Shown here piece after piece: positions 1-14,791 of a DNA stretch of 64,000 bases. This DNA is from Macrostomum lignano (Eukaryota): positions 826,853 through 890,852 of the forward strand of contig NIVC01000099.1 in the NCBI GenBank assembly GCA_002269645.1. Reading direction: 5' to 3'. Below the pieces are notes generated by a model that was not told the DNA's origin, did no database searches, and saw nothing but the letters and a program-made list of their open reading frames with translations. A program made the position numbers and the translations under genes. The stretch's first letter is position 1. Every line of letters begins with the position of its first letter.

Positions 1-803
1 GCAATGGATTGGAGTGGACTGGAATGGATTTAGTGGACTGAAATGGATTTTAGTGGACTGGAATGGATTTTAGTGGACTGGAACGGATTTTAGTGGACTG
101 GAATGGATTTTAGTGGACTGGAATGGATTTTAGTGGACTGGAACGGATTTTAGTGGACTGGAACGGATTTTAGTGGACTGGAACGGATTTTAGTGGACTG
201 GAATGGATTTTAGTGGACTGGAACGGATTTTAGTGGACTGGAACGGATTTTAGTGGACTGGAATGGATTTTAGTGGACTGGAATGGATTTTAGTGGACTG
301 GAACGGATTTTAGTGGACTGGAATGGATTTTAGTGGACTGGAATGGATTTTAGTGGACTGGAATGGATTTTAGTGGACTGGAATGGATTTTAGTGGACTG
401 GAATGGATTTTAGTGGACTGGAATGGATTTTAGTGGACTGGAATGGATTTTAGTGGACTGGAATGGATTTTAGTGGACTGGAATGGATTTTAGTGGACTG
501 GAACGGATTTTAGTGGACTGGAACGGATTTTAGTGGACTGGAATGGATTTTAGTGGACTGGAATGGATTTTAGTGGACTGGAATGGATTTTAGTGGACTG
601 GAATGGATTTTAGTGGACTGGAATGGATTTTAGTGGACTGGAATGGATTTTAGTGGACTGGAACGGATTTTAGTGGACTGGAATGGATTTTAGTGGACTG
701 GAATGGATTTTAGTGGACTGGAATGGATTTTAGTGGACTGGAATGGATTTTAGTGGACTGGAACGGATTTTAGTGGACTGGAACGGATTTTAGTGGACTG
801 GAA
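1..803. repeat. Minisatellite, 20-bp unit GAA(T/C)GGATTTTAGTGGACTG, about 40 copies, SLC5 intron 8
   Basis: Exact 20-bp periodicity that ends a few bases from the donor at 814. Confidence 0.97.
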
Positions 804-814
804 TGGTAACCCAC

Positions 815-3800
815 CTGCTCCCTGTCCACGGGTTTGGTGAGCAGCGAGATGGCGGTCATGATCAGCGCTGCGAAGGCGAACAGCGCGATGCCGAAGTGCA
901 GGAAGTGCAGCTGGGCGATGGGCGCAGGCCGGGTGTCCGCCTCGCCGCACTGGGGCGGCGGGTACACAAAGTTCAGCACCATCCAGACCACGCCGATCAC
1001 CATGGAAACCAGCAAGCCCCAGAAGACGCCCTGCACAAATTTTCAAACATTTCTGGATTGCATTTCACTTTTTCCGAAATCCAGCGCATCATACTACTCA
1101 CCGGTTCAGTAGTGCGCGGCCACAGGCTGGCCATGAGGAAGACGGTGAGAATCGGCGGCGTGAGGTATGACGTCACCGACTGGGCGTAGATCACCAGCTG
1201 GCCGCCGCCGCTGGTGCGCACGATCGGCAGCCAGAGGACTCCGATCACCGTCAGGGCCACGATGAACAGCCTGCGGGGGGAGGCGAGCTCAGGACGTTTG
1301 TGGGCTCGGCTTGAATCTCACTCTGTTCCGGTCGGGTCTCACTCTCCCCCAGTCGGGTCTCACTCTCCTTGGGTGGGATCTCACATTCTCGTAGTAGAAT
1401 CTCACCCTCTGTCTGTAGAATCTCACCCCCTGTCGGTATAATCTCCTCCCCCTGTCGGTAGAATCTCACCCTTTTTCGGTGAGATCTTACCCTTCATTAG
1501 TAGAATCTCACCCTCTGTTGGTATAATCTCCCCCCGTCGGTAGAATCTCACCCCCTGTCGGTAGAATCTAACCCTTTTTCGGTGAGATCTTACCCTTCAT
1601 TAGTAGAATCTCACCCTCTGTTGGTATAATCTCCCCCCTGTCGGTAGAATCTCACCCCCTGTCGGTAGAATCTAACCCTTTTTCGGTGAGATCTTACCCT
1701 TCATTAGTAAAATCTCATACTCTGTCGGTCGGGTCTCCCTCACCCTGGTTGGGATCTTACTCTCCCTTAGTAGAATCTGGCGCACTATTGATAAAGTCTC
1801 GGTAGAATTGAATTTCACCTGCCCACTTGAGAATCTCACCTGCTCACTAGAGAATCTCACCTGCTCACTATAGAGAAGCTCACCTGCTCACTAGAGAATC
1901 TCACCTGCTCACTAGAGAATCTCACCTGCTTACTAGAGAAAATCTCACCTGCTCACTAGAGAAAATCTCACCTGCTCACTAGAGACAATCTCACCTGCTC
2001 ACTAGAGACAATCTCACCTGCTCACTAGAGAGAATCTCACCTGCTCACTAGAGAGAATCTCACCTGCTCACTAGAGAGAATCTCACCTGCTCACTATAGA
2101 GAAGCTCACCTGCTCACTAGAGAGAATCTCACCTGCTCACTATAGAGAAGCTCACCTGCTCACTAGAGAATCTCACCTGCTCACTAGAGAATCTCACCTG
2201 CTCACTAGAGACAATCTCACCTGCTCACTAGAGAAAATCTCACCTGCTCACTAGAGAGAATCTCACCTGCTCACTATAGAGAAGCTCACCTGCTCACTAG
2301 AGAGAATCTCACCTGCTCACTATAGAGAAGCTCACCTGCTCACTAGAGAGAATCTCACCTGCTCACTATAGAGAAGCTCACCTGCTCACTAGAGAATCTC
2401 ACCTGCTCACTAGAGAATCTCACCTGCTCACTAGAGACAATCTCACCTGCTCACTAGAGAGAATCTCACCTGCTCACTAGAGAGAATCTCACCTGCTCAC
2501 TAGAGAGAATCTCACCTGCTCACTAGAGAGAATCTCACCTACTCACTAGAGAGAATCTCACCTGCTCACTAGAGAGAATCTCACCTACTCACTAGAGAGA
2601 ATCTCACCTGCTCACTAGAGAGAATCTCACCTGCTCACTAGAGAGAATCTCACCTGCCCACGATGACTTTCTCGACCTCCCCGGCGGCCGGGCGCAGGCG
2701 CAGCCACAAGTCGATGGTGAAGAGGGTGCCGCCGCTGTTGAAGATAGAGGTGATGGAGGAGATGAGGGCCGCCAGCATCGCGGCGATCATGACCCCGCGA
2801 ACTCCGGTGGGCAGCATCTGCTTGATGATCTCGATGTAGGCCACGTTGCTGCAGCCCTCCGGGATGCCGCACAGCCTCTCGCAGGCGGAGGCGTTGACGC
2901 AGGCGACGATGTCGGCGTAGTGAATCCGGCTGACCATGCCGGGGATGATCATCAGCAGCAGCGGCAGCGTCTTCAGGAAGCCCGCGGCCACGCTGCCGGC
3001 CTAGGCGGGTGGAGAGTATAGTAGAGTGCATAGTGAAGTATAAAGTAGAGTGCATAGTAGAGTGAATAGTAGAGTGTAAAGTTAAGTGCATAGAAGAGAG
3101 TGTATAGTGTAGTGCATAGTAGAGTGCATAGTAGAATGCATAGTTGAGTGCATAGTAGAGTGCATAGTAGAGTGCATAGTAGAGTGCACAGTCAAATGCA
3201 TAGTGGAGTGCATAGTCAAATGCATAGTGGAGTGCATAGTAGAGTGCACAGTCGAGTGCATAGTGGAGTGCATAGTAGAGTGCATAGTGTAGTGCATAGT
3301 AGAGTGCATAGTGGAGTGCATAGTAGAGTGCATAGTAGAGTGCATAGTCGAGTGCATAGTAGAGCGCATAGTAGAGTGCATAGTAGAGTGCATAGTAGAG
3401 TGCATAGTAGAGTGCATAGTAGAGTGCATAGTCGAGTGCATAGTCGAGTGCATAGTAGAGTACATAGTAGAGTGCATAAGTAGAGTGCATAGTCAAATGC
3501 ATAGTGGAGTGCATAGTAGAGTGCACAGTCGAGTGCATAGTGGAGTGCATAGTAGAGTGCATAGTGTAGTGCATAGTAGAGTTCATAGTGGAGTGCATAG
3601 TAGAGTGCATAGTAGAGTGCATAGTCGAGTGCATAGTAGAGTGCATAGTAGAGTGCATAGTAGAGTGCATAGTCGAGTGCATAGTCGAGTGCATAGTAGA
3701 GTACATAGTAGAGTGCATAGTAGAGTGCATAGTCGAGTGCATAGTCGAGTGCATAGTCGAGTGCATAGTCAAGTGCATAGTAGAGTGCATAGTAGAGTGC

Positions 3801-6800
3801 ATAGTGGAGTGACTTTAGTAGACTTTCCAATCGTCAGGCATGTACACTCTCTGTGCTAATTGCTCGACATCCCAAATTGGCAACCAATCCCCCCAGCGGC
3901 AACCTTGGCGTGCTGCAGGCTCCTGGCCGCCAGGGTTCTCTGCACGAACAGCTGGTCGGTGCACCAGTGCCAGGCGGACAGGATGTTGGCGCCAAAGAAG
4001 GCTCCCAGCCAGGGGTAGTCGGGGTCGGCGATGTGGCGCAGCATGTGGAAGGCCTGCGGGTCGGGGGCGCCGCAGCCGGTCGAGTTGTCGTAGTCGGCGG
4101 GGTACGAGGCCAGGAAGCGGCTCTGCAGGTTGCCGAGGCCGCCGATGGAGTCGATGCTCATGACGGCCAGGACGCCGGCACCCAGAACAACGATGACGCC
4201 TTGGACTGCGTCCGTGATTATGACCGTGGTCAGGCCGCCCACCATAGTGTAGATTGCAGTCATCAGCAGCAGCACCGTGATGGACAGCACCTGGTCCCAG
4301 CCCATCGTGTTCTGGATGATCAGCGAGCCGGCGTACACCTCCAGCTGTGGGCGGACGGTGTACAGGGCTGATGATGCTGGGTTGTGGTTCGGATGCTGGG
4401 GCGGACGGTGTACAGGGTTGATGATGCTGGGTTGTGGTTCGGATGCTGGGGCGGACGGTAAGCGGATGGTGGGGCGGACGGTGAGCAGATGGTGAGCAGA
4501 TGGTGAGCGGATGGTGAGGCGGACGGTGAGTGGATGGTGAGCAGATGGTGAGCGGACGGTGAGCGGATGGTGGGGCGGACGGTGAGCGGACGGTGAGCGG
4601 ATGGTGAGCGGATGGTGGGGCGGACGATGGGGCGGACGGTGTACAGGGCTGATGATGCTGGGTTGTGGTTCGGATGGTGGGGCGGACGGTGAGCAGATGG
4701 TGGGGCGGACGGTGAGCGGATGGTGAGGCGGACGGTGAGTGGATGGTGAGCAGATGGTGAGCGGATGGTGAGCGGATGGTGGGGCGGACGGTGAGTGGAT
4801 GGTGAGCAGATGGTGAGTGGATGGTGAGCGGATGGTGAGCGGATGGTGGGGCGGACGGTGAGCGGACGGTGAGCGGATGGTGAGCGGATGGTGAGCGGAT
4901 GGTGGGGCGGACGGTGAGTGGATGGTGAGCAGATGGTGAGTGGATGGTGAGCGGATGGTGAGCGGATGGTGGGGCGTACGGTGAGCGGACGGTGAGCGGA
5001 TGGTGAGCGGATGGTGAGCGGATGGTGGGGCGGACGGTGAGTGGATGGTGAGCAGATGGTGAGCGGATGGTGAGTGGATGGTGAGCAGATGGTGAGCGGA
5101 CGGTGAGCGGACGGTGAGTGGATGGTGAGCAGATGGTGAGTGGATGGTGAGCGGATGGTGAGCGGATGGTGGGGCGTACGGTGAGCGGACGGTGAGCGGA
5201 TGGTGAGCGGATGGTGAGCGGATGGTGGGGCGGACGGTGAGTGGATGGTGAGCAGATGGTGAGCGGATGGTGAGTGGATGGTGAGCAGATGGTGAGCGGA
5301 CGGTGAGCGGACGGTGAGTGGATGGTGAGCAGATGGTGAGTGGATGGTGAGCGGATGGTGAGCGGATGGTGGGGCGTACGGTGAGCGGACGGTGAGCGGA
5401 TGGTGAGCGGATGGTGAGCGGATGGTGGGCGGACGGTGAGTGGATGGTGAGCAGATGGTGAGCGGATGGTGAGTGGATGGTGAGCAGATGGTGAGCGGAC
5501 GGTGAGCGGATGGTGAGCGGATGGTGGGGCGGACGATGGGGCGGACGGTGTACAGGGCTGATGATGCTGGGTTGTGGTTCGGATGGTGGGGCGGAGGGTG
5601 GGCGGATGGTGGGGCGGACGGTGAGCGGATAGTGGGGCGGACGGTGAGCGGATGGTGAGCGGACGGTGAGCGGATGGTGGGGCGGACGGTGAGAAGATGG
5701 TGGGGCGGACGGTGGGGCGGACGGTGAGCGGACAGTGAGCGGATGGTGAACGGACAGTGAGCGGATGGTGAGCGGACGGTGAGTGGATGGTGAGCGGATG
5801 GTGGGGCGGACAGTGAGCGGATGGTGAGCGGACGGTGAGCAGATGGTGGGGCGGATGGTGAGCGGATGGTGAGCGGATGGTGAGCGGATGGTGAGTGGAT
5901 GGTGAGCAGATGGTGAGCGGACGGTGAGCGGATGGTGAGCGGATTGTGGGGCGGACGATGGGGCGGACGGTGTACAGGGCTGATGATGCTGGATTGTGGT
6001 TCGGATGGTGGGGCGGAGGGTGAGCGGATGGTGGGGCAGACGGTGAGCAGATGGTGGGGCGGACGGTGAGCAGATGGTGAGCGGACGGTGAGCGGATGGT
6101 GGGGCGGACGGTGAGCAGATGGTGAGCAGATGGTGAGCGGACGGTGAGCGGATGGTGAGCGGATGGTGGGGCGGACGATGGGGCGGACGGTGTACAGGGC
6201 TGTTGATGCTGGGTTGTGGTTCGGATGGTGGGGCGGAGGGTGGGCGGATGGTGGGGCAGACGGTGAGCAGATGGTGGGGCGGACGGTGAGAAGATGATGG
6301 GGCGGACGGTGAGCGGACGGTGAGCGGACGGTGAGCGGATGGTGAGCGGATGGTGAGCGGATGGTGAGCGGATGGTGAGCGGATGGTGAGCGGATGGTGA
6401 GCGGATGGTGAGCGGATGGTGAGCGGATGGTGGGGCGGACGGTTGGGCAACGGTGGGGCGGACGGTGGGGCGGATGATGGGGCGGATGGTGGGGCGGACG
6501 TTGGGGCGCATGATGGGGCGGACGGTGGGGCGGATGATGGGGCGGATGGTGGGGCGGACGGTTGGGCAACGGTGGGGCGGACGTTGGGGCGGATGATGGG
6601 GCGGATCGTGGGGCGGACGGTGAGGCGCATGATGGAGCGGACGGTGGGGCGGATGTCGGGGCGAACAATGGGGCGGACAGTGGGGCGGATGGTGGGCGGA
6701 TGGTGGGGCGGAGACTCACCGAGAGCTTGGCGAAGACGTACATGAGCAGCGACTGCACAGCCAGCAGGATCTGCATTCGCTTGCCGCCGAATCGCTTCTT

Positions 6801-9800
6801 AATGTACTCCGGCATGGTGAAGGCCTGCAGCGGTTGGGCTGGTTTTTGACTTTGACTCTCACCCCTTCTACCGGACTCTTATGCGTATGTCAAACACCCC
6901 AGAAAATCAGACTTCCACTGCAGACACTCACTCCAGACACACCAGACACCCACCGCAGACACTCACCCCAGACACGCCAGACAACCACCGCAAACACTCA
7001 TCCCAGACACGCCAGACACCCACCGCAGACACTCACCCCAGACACGCCAGACAACCACCGCAAACAGTCACCCCAGACACCCACCCAGATACCCACCCAG
7101 ACACCCACCCAGACACCCACCCAGACACCCACCCAGACACCCACCCAGACACCCACCCAGACACCCACCCAGACACCCACCGCAAACACTCACCCCAGAC
7201 ACGCCAGACACCCACCGCAGACACTCACCCCAGACACTCACCCCAGACACGCCAGACAACCACCGCAAACATTCATCCTAGACACCCACCCAGACACCCA
7301 CCCAGACACCCACCGCAAACACTCACTCCAGACACGCCAGACACCCACCCAGACACTCACCCCAGACACCCACCAAGACACCCACCGCAAACAGTCACCC
7401 CAGACACCCACCCAGACACCCACCGCAGACACTCACCCCAGACACGCCAGACACCCACCGCAGACACTCACCCAGACACCCACCGCAGACACTCACCCCA
7501 AGACACGCCAGACAACCACCGCAAACACTCACCCCAGACACGCCAGACGCCCACCGCAAACACTCACCCCAGACACCCACCCAGACACCCACCACAAACA
7601 CTCATCCCAGACACGCCAGACACCCACCGCAGACACTCACCCCAGACACGCCAGACGCCCACCGCAAACACTCACCCCAGACACCCACCCAGACAACCAC
7701 CACAAACACTCATCCCAGACACGCCAGACACCCACCGCAGACACTCACCCCAGACACGCCAGACAACCACCGCAAACAGTCACCCCAGACACCCACCCAG
7801 ACACCCAGCGCAAACACTCACCCCAGACACCCACCCAGACACCCAGCGCAAACACTCACCCCAGACACCCACCCAGACACCCACCCAGACACCCACCGCA
7901 AACACTCACCCCAGACACGCCAGACACCCACCGCAGACACTCACCCCAGACACTCACCCCAGACACGCCAGACAACCACCGCAAACATTCATCCTAGACA
8001 CCCACCCAGACACCCACCCAGACACCCACCGCAAACACTCACTCCAGACACGCCAGACACCCACCCAGACACTCACCCCAGACACCCACCAAGACACCCA
8101 CCGCAAACAGTCACCCCAGACACCCACCCAGACACCCACCGCAGACACTCACCCCAGACACGCCAGACACCCACCGCAGACACTCACCCAGACACCCACC
8201 GCAGACACTCACCCCAAGACACGCCAGACAACCACCGCAAACACTCACCCCAGACACGCCAGACGCCCACCGCAAACACTCACCCCAGACACCCACCCAG
8301 ACACCCACCACAAACACTCATCCCAGACACGCCAGACACCCACCGCAGACACTCACCCCAGACACGCCAGACGCCCACCGCAAACACTCACCCCAGACAC
8401 CCACCCAGACAACCACCACAAACACTCATCCCAGACACGCCAGACACCCACCGCAGACACTCACCCCAGACACGCCAGACAACCACCGCAAACAGTCACC
8501 CCAGACACCCACCCAGACACCCAGCGCAAACACTCACCCCAGACACCCACCCAGACACCCAGCGCAAACACTCACCCCAGACACCCACCCAGACACCCAC
8601 CCAGATACCCACCAAGACACCCACCCAGACACCCACACAGACACCCACCCAGACACCCACCGCAAACACTCACCCCAGACACGCCAGACACCCACCGCAA
8701 ACACTCACCCCAGACACGCCAGACACCCACCGCAAACACTCACTCCAGACACGCCAGACACCCACCCAGACACTCACCCCAGACACCCACCAAGACACCC
8801 ACCGCAAACACTCACTCCAGACACCCACCCAGACACCCACCGCAAACACTCGACCCAGACACGCGAGACACCCACCGCAGACACTCACCCAGACACCCAC
8901 CGCAGACAGTCACCCAGACACCCACCGCAGACACTCACTCCAGACACCCACCCAGACACCCACCGCAGACACTCACCCCAGAGGTCAGGTACACGGGCAC
9001 AAACAGGTACGCCAGCAGCAGGAGGCTGTAGATGCCCACAAACTCGTAGCACAGAACTCCGAAACCGTTGGCTGCCGCGGAGCCCGCAGTCCCGATGAAG
9101 GTGTTGCTGCCGATGTTGCTCATGTAGAGCGACAGGGCGATCTGAAATGTCAATTCATGACTTCACGCGATGAGCCGCAGTTGCTACTGGGGAGTAGTAG
9201 AAGCAGCACACAGATTTTACAATTAACCCACCGTCCACCAGGACATGCTGCGGCCGGCCAGAAAGTAACCGGCTGATGACGTCTTTGATTTCCTTTGCTC
9301 TCGAATGGCCGACTGAGAGTATTGTCAAAGGTAAAAAATATTAGGGGTTGAATATAATGTAATATAAATGTACATCTTGTATATCTTGAGTCGTTTTTTA
9401 AATCAATTCTAACTGACCAGAGTCATGTCTAGTCACTCCAGTAAGACAAGAGTCATGTCCAGTCACTTCAGTAAGACCAGAGTCATGTCCAGTCACTTCA
9501 GTAAGACCAGAGTCATGTCCAGTCACTACGATCAGACCAGAATCATGTCCAGTCACTACGATCAGACCAGAATCATGTCCAGTCACTACGATCAGACCAG
9601 AATCATGTCCAGTCACTAAGATCAGACGAGAGTCATAGAGTCATGTCTAGTCACTTCAGTAAGACCAGAGTCATGTCTAGTCACTCCAGGAAGACCAGGG
9701 TCATGTCTAGTCACTCCAGTAGGACCAGAGTCATGTCTAGTCACTTCAGGAAGACCAGGGTCATGTCTAGTCACTCCAGGAAGACCAGAGTCATGTCTAG

Positions 9801-10438
9801 TGACTCCAGTAAGACCAGAGTCATGTCTAGTCACTTCAGTAAGACCAGAGTCATGTCTAGTGACTCCAGGAAGACCAGGGTCATGTCTAGTCACTCCAGT
9901 AAGACCAGAGTCATGTCTAGTCACTCCAGTAAGACCAGAGTCATGTCTAGTCACTTCAGTAAGACCAGAGTCATGTCTAGTCACTCCAGTAAGACCAGAG
10001 TCATGTCTAGTCACTTCAGTAAGACCAGAGTCATGTCTAGTGACTCCAGGAAGACCAGGGTCATGTCTAGTCACTCCAGTAAGACCAGAGTCATGTCTAG
10101 TCACTCCACTAAGACCAGAGTCATGTCTAGTCACTTCAGTAAGACCAGAGTCATGTCTAGTCACTCCACTAAGACCAGAGTCATGTCTAGTCACTCCACT
10201 AAGACCAGAGTCATGTCTAGTCACTCCAGTAAGACCAGAGTCGTCTAGTCACTCCAATCAGACTAGAAACATGTCTAGTCACTCCAGTCAGACCAGAAAC
10301 ATGTCTAGTCATCAATGATCGGTACTCGTATGTTTCACTCACAAAAATGCCAATGGCAAAGGTGGCCAGCAGGTACAGAGCAATCACCAGGTAATCTATC
10401 CAGGTGAGCTCAACAGTTAATGAGAAATCTGTCTCCAT
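815..10438 (-). CDS. SLC5/SSF sodium:solute symporter (SGLT/SMIT-like), 3'-partial, 8 exons in window
   Basis: Exons (minus): 10343-10438, 9232-9312, 8977-9141, 6720-6824, 3904-4344, 2654-3000, 1102-1270, 815-1030. All introns are GT-AG and phases are consistent. SSF motifs: GYFLAGRSMSWW, SLYMSNIGS, TMPEYIKKRFGG, YTMVGGL..V..TD, WHWCTDQLFVQRTLAA, SSITSIFNSGGTLFT.DLW. No stop before the left edge. Confidence 0.93.
1290..2655. repeat. SLC5 intron 6 tandem arrays: degenerate GTAGAATCTCACCC family (about 1290-1800), then about 35 copies of a 21-25-bp unit CTCACCTGCTCACTAGAGAGAAT
   Basis: Visible periodicity; the array is continuous with the donor at 2653. Confidence 0.95.
3013..3815. repeat. Minisatellite, 12-bp unit AGAGTGCATAGT, SLC5 intron 5
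   Basis: Periodicity; source of the MHST/HSRV/CIVE pseudo-ORFs. Confidence 0.96.
4346..6710. repeat. GC-rich complex minisatellite (11-bp GGTGAGCGGAT family with a recurrent about 50-bp GTGTACAGGGCTGATGATGCTGGG block), SLC5 intron 4
   Basis: Short unit throughout; the longer block recurs near 4355, 4400, 4640, 5545, 5970 and 6190. Confidence 0.95.
6885..8976. repeat. C/A-rich complex minisatellite (CAGACACCCACC / CACTCACCCCAGACAC) with a 716-bp higher-order duplication, SLC5 intron 3
   Basis: Diagnostic ATTCATCCTAGAC at 7271 and 7987; identical track ORFs are offset by 716. Confidence 0.95.
9412..10312. repeat. Minisatellite, 30-bp unit AGTCATGTCTAGTCACTCCAGTAAGACCAG, SLC5 intron 1
   Basis: 30-bp periodicity, about 29 copies. 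Confidence 0.96.
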
Positions 10439-10974
10439 CGTTGCGGTTTCAGGTTCGAATCAGTCTTTTCTGTCAATCGCAACAACAAGTTTCTCAGCGA
10501 AATGCTCAGACTTAAGAGAAACTCGAATGAAAAATTTCACCTTCAGTTTTATCAGCCTGAGCTCGCTATTCACAGCACTGCTTATCGGCGAGCTCAGGTT
10601 AATCAGCTTTTTTGAAAATCTTTCCTTGCTGATAATTTTTTCAAAGTTCTGCTCTGCTTCTATTTGAAATTGCAATGGTCTGGTCTCGCCTGAGGGGGCC
10701 GAAAATTTCTAAGAATGGGGTGGGAGAGCGCGGTGCCATTCGCTTGAAGACTGGCTCATCATATGCGGGCTGCTGGACCCCAAAAACATTTTGCTTTCTG
10801 AGTTGCCATTCTGTATGTTCGACTGGTGGTTGTCACTGTGGTTGCTGCGTGCATTCGCATACAGTGTGTTGGAGACGGCGTCTTTTTTATCAAGGACTCA
10901 ACCCAGGACAGCTGCGCTAAACAAATTGCTGAACTTTTAACATTTGCATTTCATAGCTCGTATTGACTATTGCT

Positions 10975-11640
10975 GTCGCTGATCCGCCCACACAGTCCTT
11001 GATAATCCACCTTCATCCGCCCGTTTTTGAGAATCCGCCCCTGACACGCACCCTCAGTCCTTGAGAATCCACCCTCATCCGCCCCAGTCCTTGAGAATCC
11101 GCTCCTGATCCACCCCCTCAGTCCTTGAGAATCCGCCCCTGATACGCACCCTCAGTCCTTGAGAATCCGCCCCTGATACGCACCCTCAGTCCTTGAGAAT
11201 CCGCTCCTGATCCACCCCTCAGTCCTTGAGAATCCGCTCCTGATCCACCCCTCAGTCCTTGAGAATCCCCTCCTGATCCACCACTCAGTCCTTGAGAATC
11301 CGCTCCTGATCCACCCCTCAGTCCTTGAGAATCCGCCCCTGATACGCACCCTCAGTCCTTGAGAATCCGCCCCTGATACGCACCCTCAGTCCTTGAGAAT
11401 CCAGCCTGATCCGCCCTAGTTCTTGAGAATCCGCTCCCGAGTCCTTCAGAGTCCACTCTGATCCGCCCCTCAGTCTCTAAGAATCTGCCCCTGATCCGTC
11501 CCTGATACGCACCCTCAGTCCTTGAGAATCTGCCTCTGATCCGCCCCTCAGTCCTTGAGAATCCGCCCTCTTAAGTTTATCAGAATCCGCTCCTGATCCG
11601 CCCCAGCTCCTGAGAATCCACTCCTGATCCGCCCCCACCC
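10975..11640. repeat. Minisatellite, 33-34-bp unit CAGTCCTTGAGAATCCGC(T/C)CCTGAT..., upstream of SLC5
   Basis: Periodicity, with degenerate edges. Confidence 0.9.
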
Positions 11641-11896
11641 ACTCTCCTTGACAGCCGACCGTTTGACTTCCCAGCCGCAGTAAAAATAAAGTACACAAAG
11701 TCCTCAAAGACAGACAAGTTTTTTGGTACAAAGTTGTTTTGTCCCAAAGAAAAATGATAAGTTTTTAAATAATTTGACCCACCTCAGCGATAATCCGATC
11801 CGATTTAATACTAAGGCTGCACGCACAGCAAAGTAGATATGGGTAATATATGTAATACATAAATAGATAAACAAATATATGTATTTGCACGCAAGC

Positions 11897-12049
11897 GCCG
11901 AGCCATAAAACACATTGGGACAGGTGGGGTTTTACTGAATCAGTTCACTGCCAGCCAGAGCGCAACCCGGGCCGAGCCATAAAACACATTGGGACAGGTG
12001 GGGTTTTACTGAATCAGTCCACTGCCAGCCAGAGCGCAACCCGGGCCGA
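11897..12049. repeat. 74-bp tandem direct duplication
   Basis: GCCGAGCCATAAAACACATTGGG... at 11897 and 11971, one mismatch. Confidence 0.9.
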
Positions 12050-12784
12050 TAGGCACGCAAAAAAACACTATAAAATTTCAACTTCACAAAAAGCGATCCA
12101 TAAATTGAATATAAAAACACAATTTTAGAACTGCCTGTCAATCAAGAAATCGATAGTTAATTTCAATTATTCTAATCGTTCGGTGCCTTACTTTGGTATT
12201 AGATTTATTGATTGATTGATTGATAGGCAGCACAGGGGTCACAATATAAGCAGGTGGCACGTAAGACTCACAGAGATAAGGATGTACAGGAGTTTTCCAT
12301 TTCAACAGCAATAATACACAACAAACAGGAATCGATATCCGCTGCATACTACTTACTAACTAAAGCAATCATCAGTAGTGCAATAGGGGCACAAAACGAA
12401 CGCTGGAGAACTGGAGAATTAACGGTGGGGAAAGAGCAACCGATATAGATGGCACGCTAATTAAAAAGAGAGTTAAAACGCGCGCTCTATGGGATATATA
12501 TATTGACGGGCAGAGCGGCTAATACAGTAAAAATCGGTAAGCAGTTCAGTATTAAAGCAGCGCATTGGGGCGGGACGCTTCCGCCTCTTGGATAATAAAA
12601 AAACTCGGCAAATATTCGGATTACTTGGTAGTTGAAGCAGCAAAGCAAAAGAGAGACAGTTAATCGGCAACTTGTTGCACTTGCGGAAATTGGAACAGAT
12701 TAGTGGTACAGTCCTGGCCAGTTCTACTGTGGCAAACTTCATCAGCATCACCAATTCGGCTTTGCCGTTCTGTAGCTGGGCAGC

Positions 12785-14791
<2,007 letters not shown>

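Noticed and set aside
2627-9031. Long ORFs of 387-924 aa (MHST, PSAHHPLTIR, PDTHPRH repeats)
   Set aside because: Translations of intronic minisatellites between well-supported SLC5 exons.
9412-10312. p53 response-element array (CATGTCT cores)
   Set aside because: Mostly mismatched single half-sites spaced 30 bp apart, not paired decamers.
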